This document shows positions 11,560-22,620 of a stretch of DNA of 64,000 nt, piece after piece. The DNA is from Scyliorhinus canicula. Lineage: Eukaryota. Location: contig NC_052149.1 in the NCBI RefSeq assembly GCF_902713615.1, positions 125,739,256-125,803,255 of the forward strand. Direction: 5' to 3'. How positions within the stretch are numbered: the first letter of the stretch is position 1; every line of letters starts with the position of its first letter. The position numbers were made by a program, and so were the translations under genes. The notes below the pieces were generated by a model that searched no databases, was not told the DNA's origin, and saw only the letters and a program-made list of their open reading frames with translations.

Positions 11560-13380
11560 ACAGCCCCCGAGGACGTGCAGCAATCCCTGTCAGATTTATA
11601 CCATAGACAAGCGCACACAGGGAGAGACAATATGATCAAATTATTAAAAGAATGTTGGTGGTGGAGGGGAATGGGCAGGGATGTGACCAAATTCTGCCAG
11701 CGATGCATACAGTGCACCCTGGTGGAACCAGGCCGTCCCTGCAAGATCAAAATGGGAAGTCAGCCACGGCCAAGGGACCATGGGGGAAATTTGCAACTAG
11801 ATTTTACTGGGCCTTTGCCTCGGGTACAGAGTAAAACATATTGTTTGGTGATTGTAGATCAATTCACCCGGTGGGTGGAAGCATTCCTGTGGAAGGACGC
11901 CACCGCTAGTACCATAGCTTTGATATTGGCAAATGAAATAATACCAAGGTAGGGGGTGCCACTCCAACTGGATTCTGACCAAGGGGCCCATTTCCCTGGA
12001 AAAGCCATGAGGGAGGCTTGTAAGGGTTTGGGGATCTGGCAAAGATTCCACATCCCATACCATCCTCAAAGCTCGGGAATGGTAGAGCGGATGAACCGAA
12101 CCTTAAAAAACAGCCTGGCCAAAGCTATACTGCAGGAAGGGAATAATTGGTCACGGGTCCTGGCCAAAGCTATACTGCAGGAAGGGAATAATTGGTCACG
12201 GGTCCTGGCCAAAGCTATACTGCAGGAAGGGAATAATTGGTCACGGGTCCTGGCCAAAGCTATACTGCAGGAAGGGAATAATTGGTCACGGGCCCTGGCC
12301 AAAGCTATACTGCAGGAAGGGAATAATTGGTCACGGGCCCTGGCCAAAGCTATACTGCAGGAAGGGAATAATTGGTCACGGGTCCTGGCCAAAGCTATAC
12401 TGCAGGAAGGGAATAATTGGTCACGGGTCCTGGCCAAAGCTATACTGCAGGAAGGGAATAATTGGTCACGGGCCCTGGCCAAAGCTATACTGCAGGAAGG
12501 GAATAATTGGTCACGGTCCCTGGCCAAAGCTATACTGCAGGAAGGGAATAATTGGTCACGGGTCCTGGCCAAAGCTATACTGCAGGAAGGGAATAATTGG
12601 TCACGGGCCCTGGCCAAAGCTATACTGCAGGAAGGGAATAATTGGTCACGGGCCCTGGCCAAAGCTATACTGCAGGAAGGGAATAATTGGTCACGGGTCC
12701 TGGCCAAAGCTATACTGCAGGAAGGGAATAATTGGTCACGGGCCCTGGCCAAAGCTATACTGCAGGAAGGGAATAATTGGTCACGGGTCCTGGCCAAAGC
12801 TATACTGCAGGAAGGGAATAATTGGTCACGGGCCCTGGCCAAAGCTATACTGCAGGAAGGGAATAATTGGTCACGGGCCCTGGCCAAAGCTATACTGCAG
12901 GAAGGGAATAATTGGTCACGGGTGCTGCCGGCAATATTGTTGCGACAAAGAGCCACCCCCACCTGGGGAACGGGTCCAGCCCCTTTTGAGTTAATGACAG
13001 GAAGAGCAATAAGACTCCCAGAGGATGTGATAACTGGAGGGGCGGAACTTGAGATAAGCAAAGGAACAATGTATGAACGATCTGGTAAACCGCCTGCATG
13101 TCCTTAAGGGTCAGGTAATTGCACAGCAACAGCAAAGAGATTGGACCAAACTGACTGGAAATGATACCCCAGAACTACCGACACCAGGGGATAGGGTCAT
13201 GGTCAAACTCATGACAGGTAAAAAGGGACTAGGGGTTCGATGGGAGGGACCCTATGTAGTAATCATTGCTGGACAAACATGTGCCTTAATAGACGAGAAA
13301 CCCAGTCCACGGTGGCAGCACTGAACGCAATTGAAACCTTCCCCTCATGGGTCATCCCATAGTCACAAGGATTGAGAGAA
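11560..13380 (+). pseudogene. pol: ERV integrase: HHCC, D,D(35)E and GPY C-terminus, with a stop at 11950, a tandem expansion and a frameshift
   Basis: H-RQA-H..C-QR-C; LQLDFTGPLP; IVDQFTRWVEAF; SDQGAHF-35 aa-VERMNRTLK; GDRVMVK..RWEGPY. Confidence 0.93.
12115..12924 (+). repeat. 45-bp minisatellite, 18 copies, in frame within the integrase
   Basis: ctggccaaagctatactgcaggaagggaataattggtcacggg(t/c)c x18 = 810 bp, encoding LAKAILQEGNNWSR(V/A/S). Confidence 0.98.
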
Positions 13381-13421
13381 CCCTCTGATGGTTCGGCGAA
13401 CCTACGGAGCAGAGGGTAGCC

Positions 13422-15190
13422 ATGGCATTGCCAGCTGATGCACTTGTGATAGGAATGATCTGGATTTGTAGATGGGCGACCAGAGTGGCTGAGGATATGG
13501 GACTAAGGCACGGAGAGGATTATACGAGGAAGGAGGTGATGCGAATGATATAATACTAATTGAGCGGCGGTAGGTGTTTGTTTATACCCACAGGATTCTA
13601 TTGCTAACACACTTTGGGGCCCCACTGCATCTCTGGTTCCAGCCATCACCATTGACCGCCTCGCCATGGACACGGAAGGAGCCGGACATTGCTGAAACAC
13701 AAACCAATGACCGCATGTATACTAATGTCACGTGGATACGCCGGGCTGCTGTAAATGTTATGAGGGATACAAAGGGGAGGTGTGGTGTAGGTTTATATTA
13801 CGACGAGACTCAGGACGTATGCACAAACGGGATTCTATACGTTCTTGCGGGGCAGCTAATACAAATTACTTGCAATTCCGAAATACCTGGGCCCTATATC
13901 AGTTGGGAACCCAGGATCAAGGGAATTACAGGTGTTACGGAAAGCTGGGAGACAGGACCTTTGCCCCCAGGCAAGATGACAATTGTTTTTTAAAATGACC
14001 GATCAGAAAACGCTAAATGCCCTCGATGGTCCAAATCGCCCTATTGTGAAATATACAGTAATAGGGGACCGTCTGGAAATTCACTGTATGGATCCCTGCC
14101 AGGCACATAACCGTACTGAAAATCATGAGATGATATGTGATAGATCAATAGCTTTGTATCAGGGAAGTGAGGTAGGCAGTCAGCAGCACAGGAGCCCGAG
14201 AATCGGGTGGGATATTGTCTGAAGCAAGGACCCCATCGGATAAGAGTGGGGACCAGGCCGAAGCCTACCACCACCACTGTGATGCGAGCTCCGGCTCGGC
14301 TACAACAACGAGTCCAAGGACAACCCCCAAGCCCGAATGTGATGAGCATATCACAAACCACACTATGGGACATGGGTTAGTTCTGACCCCCACTGATGAA
14401 TCAGTGATGAAAGTACCCGGATATGAACATGTAAAAGTTATGATTAATCTGACCAGCCTACATTTACCAGCCTATTGCTGTGGGCAAGGATTGTTTGTAG
14501 CCTTGGAGGGGGAGATTTTGGGTGGGATTGGATTGAAAACACATAAGCGACAACGGAGAGACCTAGTGGAACTAGTAGTTGGAGGATATGGGGCAGTAGT
14601 TTTGACTGTCAACGCCCTTAACATTGCAGAGAGAAGTGAAGAGATTGAGGTTATGAAAGGGCAATTGAGAGCTGCAGTTAAGGATATATACCAGGATGCC
14701 GGAATGGCTACAGACCTTAGCCAGCAGGTCAATCAGCTTGTGTGGAAGGCACTTGAAACAGTTGTTGCCATATCAGACAACAATTAATGAGTTACGTTGT
14801 ATAACAACTATACAAAACGAGGCATTGTGTGTGAATTGCCTGGGTACAATGTTGTTCTAACCAATGCATCTGAGTCCATTACCATTGGCCATCATGAACT
14901 GACTCCATAGAGGGAAGTGTCCATCGTGGAAGCAGATGACCTCAAGCGAACTGACGATGACCAACGGATTCACCGAAACGTCCAGAAGCCACTTCCACGC
15001 ATTCCACGCTTGCGGCCTGACTGAGAAGGACTTAAGAAGGAGGCAACGCAGGTTGACCACCTCTGGAAAACAAGGAGCAGGAGCTCATTAGGACTCACGC
15101 CGAGAAGGCTGAGGAACTGTTTAAATCACAGAACATTTTCTCTGAAATATGGAATTGGGGACTGAATATCAATATCCATCCATGGATACA
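13422..15190 (+). pseudogene. env: ERV env, 5' part (frameshifted, internally deleted)
   Basis: GHGLVLTP..HVKVMINLT, furin site RQRR, hydrophobic DLVELVVGGYGAVVLTVNALNI, heptad-like helix, and membrane-proximal IFSEIWNWGLNINIHPWI at the CR1 junction. Confidence 0.8.
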
Positions 15191-18159
15191 TAAGAACATA
15201 ATAACGAGGAGCAGGAGTAGGCCATATGGCCCCTTGAGCCTGCTCCGCCATTCAATGAGATCATAGCTGATCTTTTGTGGACTTACTGGCCCAAACACCA
15301 TAACCCTTAATCCCTTTATTCTTCAAAAAACTATCTATCTTTACCTTAAAAACATTTAATGAATAAGCCTCAATTGCTTCACAGGGCAAGGAATTCCATC
15401 GATTCACAACCCTTTGGGTGAAGAAGTTCCTCCTAAACTCAGTCCTAAATCTACTTCTCCTTATTTTGAGGCTATGCCCCCAGTTCTGCTTTCACCCGCC
15501 AGTTGAAACAACCTGCCCGCATTTATCCTATCTATTCCCTTCATAATTTTATATGTTTCTATAAGATCCCCCCTCATCCTTCTAAATTCCAACGAGTACT
15601 GTCCCAGTCTACTCAATCTCTCCTCGTAATCCAACCCCTTCAGATCTGGGATTAACCTAGTGAATCCCCTCTGCACACCCTCCAGTGCCAGTACGTCCTT
15701 TCTCAGGTAAGGAGAGCAAAACTGAACACAATACTCCAGGTGTGGCCTCACTAACACCTTATACAATTGCAGCATAACCTCCCTAGGCTTAAACTCCATC
15801 CCTCTAGCAATGAAGGACAAAATTCCATTAGCCTTCTTAATCACCTGTTGCAACTGTAAAACAACTTTGTGCGACTCATACACTCGCACACCTAGGTCTC
15901 TGCATAGCAGCATGCTTTAATATTTTATCATTTAAATAATAATCCCTTTTGTTGTTATTCCCACCAAAATGGATAACCTCACATTTGTCAACATTGTATT
16001 CCAGCTGCCAGACCCTAGCCCATTCACTTAACCTATCCAAATCCCTCTGCAGACTTCCGGTATCCTCTGCACTTTTCGCTTTACCACTCATCTTAGTGTC
16101 GTCTGCAAACTTGGACACATTGCCCTTGGTCCCCAACTCCAAATCATCTATGTAAATTGTGAACAATTGTGGGCCCAACACTGACTCCTGAGGGACACCA
16201 CTAGCTACTGATTGCCAACCAGAGAAACACCCATTAATCCCCACTCTTTGCTTTCTATGAATTAACCAATCCTCTATCCATGCTACTACTTTACCCTTAA
16301 TTCCATGCATCTTTATCTTATGCAGCAACCTTTTGTGTGGCACTTTGTCAAAGGCTTTCTGGAAATCCAGATATACCACATTGGCTCCCCGTTATCTACC
16401 GCTCTGGTAATGTCCTCAAAAAATTCCACTAAATTAGTTAGGCACGACCTGCCCTTTATGAACCCATGCTGCGTCTGCCCAATGGGACAATTTCCATCCA
16501 GATGCCTCGCTATTTCTTCCTTGATGATAGATTCCAGCATCTTCCCTACTGCCACAGTTAAGTTCACTAGTCTATCATTACCCGCTTTCTGCCTACCTCC
16601 TTTTTTAAACAGTGGTGTCACGTTTGCTAATTTCCAATCCTCCGGGACCATCCCAGAGTCTAGTGAATTTTGGTAAATTATCACCAATGCATTTGTAAAA
16701 AAATGCATTATTTCCCTAGCCATCTCTTTTAGCACTCTGGGATGCATTCCATCAGGGCCAGGAGACTTTTCTACCTTTAGCCCATTAGCTTGCTCATCAC
16801 TACCTCCTTAGTGATAACAATCATCTGAAGGTCCTCACCTGTCATAGCCTCATTTCTATCAGTCATTGACATGTTATTTGTGTTTTCCACTGTGAAGACC
16901 GACCCAAAAAACCTGTTCAGTTCCTCAGCCATTTCCTCATCTCCCATTATTAAACCTCCCTTCTCATCCTCTGAAGGACCAATATTTACCTTAGCCACTC
17001 TTTTTTGTTTTATATATTTGTAGAAACTTTTATTATCTGTTTTTATATTCTGAGCAGGTTTACTCTCATAATCTATCTCACTCTTCTTTATAGCTTTTTT
17101 AGTAGCTTTCTGTTGCCCCCTAAAGATTTCTCAGTCCTCTAGTCTCCCACTAATCTTTGCCATTTTGTATGCTTTTTATTTCAATTTGATACTCTCCCTT
17201 ATTTCCTTAGATATTCTTAGATATCCTAAGATATTCCTTAGGTCGATTTTCCCTCTTTCTACCGTCCTTCCTTTTTGTTGGTATAAACCTTTGCTGAGCA
17301 CTGTGAAAAATCACTTGGAAGGTTCTCCGCTGTTCCTCAACTGTTTCACCATAAAGTCTTTGCTCCCAGTCTACCTTAGCTAGCTCTTCTCTCATCCCAA
17401 TGTAATCTCCTTTGTTTAAGCACAAAACACGAGTGTTTGATTTTACCTTCTCACCCTCCATCTGTATTTTAAATTCCGCCATATTGTGATCGCTCCTTCC
17501 GAGATGATCCCTAACTATGATATCATTAATCAATCCTGTCTCATTACACAGGACCAGATCGAGGACCGCTTGTTCCCTTCTAGGTTCCATTACATACTGT
17601 TCTAGGAAACTATCGCGGATACATTCTATAAACTCCTCCTCAAGGCTGCCTTGACCGACCTGGTTAAACTAATCGACATGTAGATTAAAATCCCCCATGA
17701 TAACTGCTGTACCATTTCTACATGCATCAGTTATTTCTTTGTTTATTGCCTGCCCCACTATAATGTTACTATTTGCTGGCCCATAGACTACTCCTATCAG
17801 TGACTTTTTCACCTTACTATTCTTGATTTCCACCCAAATGGATTCAACCTTCTCCTCCATAGCACCGATACCATCCCTTGCTATTGCCCAGATGTCATCC
17901 TTAAATAACAGAGCAACACCACCTCCCTTACCATCCACTCTGTCCTTCCAAATAGTTTGATACCCTCGGATATTTAACTCCCAGTCTTGACCATCCTTTA
18001 ACCATGTTTCAGTAATGGCCACTAAATCATAGTCATTCACGATGATTTGCGCCATCAATTCAATTACCTTCTTCCGAATACTACGAGCATTCAGGTAAAG
18101 TACATTTATGTTGGCTTTAATACCTCGGTTTTGAATCTTAACACCTCAATCAGTAATGT
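15189..18159 (-). mobile_element. CR1 LINE ORF2 copy inserted in env
   Basis: Minus-strand VAITETWL, MGDFNLH, QHGFIKGRSCLTNL, MDFQKAFDKVPH, SKFADDTK. 3' tail cataagaacata at left. Confidence 0.93.
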
Positions 18160-18402
18160 ATAACTATATTGCATGTTGTTGTAATTCTGCTGCTGTTTAT
18201 ATTGCTTGTCTTTTTTATTACGCTCTGTTGCCTCAGAAACTGCATTTTGAAATGGCGGAAAGACAGTCGTTTGCTAAATAAAAAGGAACTGTTACAGCTC
18301 TTACCTGTTGAGCATTCCACACCTAGGCTTGAATCCAACAAGTTCAGTATGTCCATTCAATGGTCTATTCTTGGGCTAGCCAAGCACCAAAAGGGGTATT
18401 GA
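18160..18402 (+). pseudogene. env: ERV env transmembrane anchor and cytoplasmic tail
   Basis: ITILHVVVILLLFILLVFFITLCCLRNCILKWRK.. directly follows the CR1 insertion and ends at the PPT/LTR boundary. Confidence 0.8.
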
Positions 18403-19595
18403 AGGGTGTGTCCAGAGATGAGACCTCTTAAAACTGAATAGCTATGATGACACTAGAGTAGCTCTACATAAGTTTGTTTATTAAGGATTGAGATTAATCA
18501 TAGAAAGTACACCCAGTAACCAGTATTAACCATTAAACCTGTATTTTAGGACAGAGCAGTGATAATCATGTAAACTCTAGCTACAAGCAGTGGCCACAAT
18601 GCATGATGGGATTTACGCTAACTAACTTGCCCATGTTTTTAAGACACACGGGTTGTGTGGTCAGCAGATTACATAGTGGTCTGAGTAAACATGTTTTATC
18701 AGTGGCCCCAGTATCCTGTCTGAAACAATTCATGGAATAAAGAGGATACCAGTTCTAGTAACCTGCCCCGAGATGGACAATGAGTGGACAGGATCTGACT
18801 GCGATATCAGGATGGGAATGTCCGGGAACAATAACATTAAAATGGACACAGGGGATTCTCACCTACCCGGCGGGGCGGGGGTCCCGGCGTGATGGAGTGG
18901 CATGAACCACTTCGGCGTCGTGCCGCCCCAAAGGTGCGGAAGTCTCCGCACCTATAGGGGCCACGCCCTAACATTGAGGGGCTAGGCCCGCGCCGGAGTG
19001 GTTGGCGCTCCGCCGGCTGGCGTGGACGACCTTTGGCTGAAGGGACTTTGCCAGCCGACAAAAGTCCGCACATGCGCCGGAGCGTCAGCGGCTGCTGACG
19101 TCATCCCCGCACATCCGCAGGGGAGGGAGTCACTTCTGCCTCCACCATGGTGAAGACTATGGTGAAGACGGAAGGAAACGAGTGTCCCCACTCTACTGGC
19201 CCGCCCGCCAATCGGTGAGCCCTGATCGCGAGCCAGGCCACTGTGGGGGCACCCCCCGGGGCCAGATCGCCCGGCGCCCCCCCCAGGATCCAGGACCCCG
19301 GAGCCTGCCCATGCGGCCTGCCCCTGCTGGTAAGGTAGGTTTGATCTACGCCGGGAGAGGCTTGACAGCAGTGGGACTTCGGCCCATCACAGGCCAGAGA
19401 ATCGCCGGGGGGGGGGGGGGGGGGCTGACTGGCGCGGAGCGATTCCCGCCCCCGCCGAATCTCCGGTGCCGGAGAATTCGGGACACGGCGGAGCGGGATT
19501 GACGCCGTCCCTCTGCGATTCTCTGACCAGGCGGGGGGTCGGAGAATCCCACCCAGGATCTTGGTAAACAAAAGGTGAAAGAATGGGGTTCAATC
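18400..19595 (+). repeat. ERV 3' LTR, MITE-interrupted and lacking the R/U5 end
   Basis: Starts TGAAGG after the PPT, aligns to the 5' LTR up to caggatcttggtaaac..ggggtt, then diverges. Confidence 0.85.
18852..19553. mobile_element. Harbinger-type MITE
   Basis: TIRs gggattctc / gagaatcccacc with 3-bp TSD CAG. The empty site is visible in the 5' LTR (acacaggatc). Confidence 0.88.
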
Positions 19596-19640
19596 ATGAG
19601 CTGATTACAATTTTACTGGATAGCTTGGATTGGAACAACA

Positions 19641-19770
19641 CACACGGGGCTTTACCACAACAGTGGGCATCCCCATGGTGCAGGAGGCCATCGACTACAC
19701 ACACGGGATTCACCAGGATAGTGGGCGTCCCCATGGGGCAGTGTTCCATCGACGACACACACGAGGCTTT
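19641..19770. repeat. Diverged ~58-bp tandem repeat (right part)
   Basis: Units start at 19641, 19700 and 19758; same motif as 8901-9002. Confidence 0.75.
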
Positions 19771-19794
19771 GTAGGCATTGTATATTGAAACTGT

Positions 19795-20460
19795 GATTGT
19801 GAAGTGTGATGTACCTGTGTACACAGACTGGATTGTGAAGTGTGATGTACCTGTGTACACAGACTAGATTGTGAAGTGTGATGTATCTGTGCACACAGAC
19901 TGGATTGTGAAGTGTGATATACCTGTGTACACAGACTGGATTGTGAAGTGTGATATACCTGTGTACACAGACTGGATTGTGAAGTGTGATGTACCTGTGT
20001 ACACAGACTGGATTGTGAAGTGTGATATACCTGTGTACACAGACTGGATTGTGAAGTGTGATATACCTGTGTACACAGACTGGATTGTGAAGTGTGATGC
20101 ACCTGTGTACACAGACTGGATTATGAAGTGTGATGTACCTGTGTACACAGACTGGATTATGAAGTGTGATGTACCTGTGTACACAGACTTGATTATGAAG
20201 TGTGATGTACCTGTGTACACTGACTGGATTGTGAAGTGTGATGTACCTGTGTACACAGACAGCATTGTGAAGTGTGATGTACCTGTGTACACAGACTTGA
20301 TTATGAAGTGTGATGTATCTGTGTACACAGACTGGATTGTGAAGTGTGATGTACCTGTGTACACTGACTGGATTGTGAAGTGTGATGTATCTGTGTACAC
20401 AGACTGGATTGCGAAGTGTGATGTATCTGTGTATACATATTGAACCATGAAGTGTGTTGC
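19795..20460. repeat. 36-bp minisatellite, ~18 copies
   Basis: gattgtgaagtgtgatgtacctgtgtacacagactg repeated; each unit carries the palindrome tgtgtacaca. Confidence 0.97.
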
Positions 20461-22039
20461 TGCTGTGTACAAAGATTGGATTGTGAAATGCATACTCACT
20501 GGAAAGGAATATTTTGTTCCAAAATAAAACTCACTGATTATCATATGAATAAATATTTTATTGTTGTTTTAAATGGATCTTTATACTTTGTCTGTTCGGA
20601 AATTCAGAGGGAGAGATGGAACTCAGGTCGTTACATTCTTCACTAAATATTCTTTCAGCTCCTTAATGAGAGCCCTGGAGCTGGAAAGGGAAACAGAGAA
20701 AGACATCTTTTCAAGAAGCTCATGTACACTATGTCCATTGTCCATTACCCACTAATGACACTCCGCCTACATTCAACTCATTGTTTAAACTCCAGCCCAC
20801 CTCCTGTTCCTATCCATATCTTTCAATCAAGGAGCCAGATATGCCTACAGTACAGGAAGAGGCCATTCAGCCCCTCATATCTGTGCTAGCTGTTTGATAG
20901 AGTCATTCACAACTAACATCTCAGTTTAATGTCTGTTATGGGGAAGTGGTTGGAAGCTGTGATTAGACACAAAATGAATGAGAAATATGAACAGATCCGA
21001 GAGAGTCAGCATGGATTTAAAAAGGGTCAGACATGGTTCACAAACATGGTTACATTTGTTAACGAGGTCACTAATGTGGTAGATAAGGGAATGTCTGTGG
21101 GTGTTATTTATTTCCAGAAGACATTCTAGAAGGTTGCACATGAGAGGCTGTTTGAGGAGATCTTTTTCCAAGGATAAAGAATTGGTTAAGATGTCGGAAA
21201 CAGGGAGTGGGGATAATGTCTGTGTGCTCCAAGCTTAAGTCTCAGCTTTTCATTGTATTTATCAGTGACTTGGATGAAAGAATAGATAACACGATTACTG
21301 ACCAAAGAAAGAGAAATCAGAGTCATTTCTAAATGGTGGGAAGCTGGGAATTGTGGAGGAACAGAGAGATGAGGCCAATGCTGTAAAGAGTCTGGTTGAG
21401 CAGCAGACAGAGCTCAGGGAGAGGGGTGGAGTTTGTATCGGGAGCTGAAGACGATGGCTTTGATCTTCCCAATGTGTTTCCCAGTGAGCCTGGCTCCTCA
21501 GTCCTGACTGCTCTTAGCTGCTGTTCTTTTCACTGATTGGACAGTTATTGTTAGAGATTCAGACCACAGCAGAAACCCCCAGTGTAAAAAATAACAGCAA
21601 AGACTGTCAGATCGGAAGATTGAAACGTAACCAACAGAGGAAGTGAAAGAAGGGGCTCAGAGCATCTGGATGTTTGTTACTGACACGGGAGAAAACTGTG
21701 AACCGTGTCCACTACCTCGAATCTTCCAGCACAGAAGGAGGCCATTCTGCCCATCATGCTGTGACTTACCCAATTAGTCCCACTCCCCCTCTCTATCCCC
21801 ATAACCCAGCCAATCTTTCCTTTCCAGGGATATCTCCAATTGCCTCTTGTAGACCTGGGTCCACAGCACGAGACTGTCCCTAACCTGGCTCCAAATTGCC
21901 ATCTCATTCATTCATTGGAAGACAAAATGCCTGGGCTGGGAAATGGAGCTCAGGGCTCCGAACATTCCCTCTCCCCTCCTGAGGGACACTTCATGCTGGG
22001 ATACAGTTCCATGGAGCCTCACAGCACAATGTGGGGGAG

Positions 22040-22620
22040 GCCGTGGTGTAGTGGTAATGTCACTGGACTAGTAATCCAGAGGCTCAGGCTAATGCTCTGG
22101 TCACAGGTTCAAATCCCACCATGGCAGCTGGTGGACACACAGGATGACCAGCAAGCAAACAGAACACAGCAGCCAATCACCAGACAGGGCACGACCACTA
22201 TAAAGCCAGAGGGCAGCAGTTTTCCCGCTCTCTCGGGATCCAGCCTCTGAGACAGTCAGAGCTCGTGAGCATAACCAGTCCAAACACCATGTGGTAGTCA
22301 GTTAGTCTGGTCAGGCTAGCATCAGGTCTCCAGTCAATTCAGCATCGTGTCAACCCACAGTTGAACATGTAGTTTAAATGTTAAATAAAATCGTGTTGCA
22401 TCTCATCAAGTGTTGGAAGTCTGTCTCTCGCTACACTGCATCAAACGCAGTCCACATCGACCCAGCCAGCCCAACCCATCAGAAACCATTGTCGATTGTC
22501 GTAAAAAACCGTCTGGTTCACTAATGTCCTTTAGAGAAGGGAATCTGCCGTCCTTACCTGGTCTGGCCTACATGTGACTCCAGACCCACAGCAATGTGGC
22601 TGACTCTGAAATAGCCACTC
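22040..22620 (+). mobile_element. DeuSINE-like element (tRNA head plus Deu domain) interrupted by an LTR
   Basis: Head gtggtgtagtggtaatgtcactggac..ggttcaaatccc. Core ctggttcactaatgtccttt..ctggcctacatgtgactccagacccacagcaatgtgg resembles the Deu domain. Similar copy at about 61950-62260. Confidence 0.65.
22135..22481 (+). mobile_element. Solo LTR, 5'-truncated
   Basis: Same family as 54113-54515; TATA-like ctataaag, aataaa, ends ..cccatCA. Confidence 0.8.

Larger units (their letters stand above)
9005..19595 (+). mobile_element. Decayed endogenous retrovirus (LTR-PBS-gag remnant-RNaseH-IN-env-PPT-LTR); protease/RT deleted
   Basis: Two related LTRs, PBS, RNase H and D,D(35)E integrase motifs, furin site plus TM anchor, and PPT aaaagggg at 18389-18396. 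Confidence 0.92.

Noticed and set aside
12066-13061. 331-aa antisense ORF, and a CRISPR-like reading of the 45-bp array
   Set aside because: The ORF is a by-product of a stop-free unit divisible by 3. There are no unique spacers, and the context is vertebrate.
18169-18402. Stand-alone small membrane protein
   Set aside because: It is the displaced TM and tail of the ERV env.
19710-20544. Repetitive ORFs (IVKCDVPVYTDW)n and (HFTIQSVYTGTS)n resembling zinc-finger or repeat proteins
   Set aside because: Translations of a 36-bp minisatellite, open in several frames on both strands.
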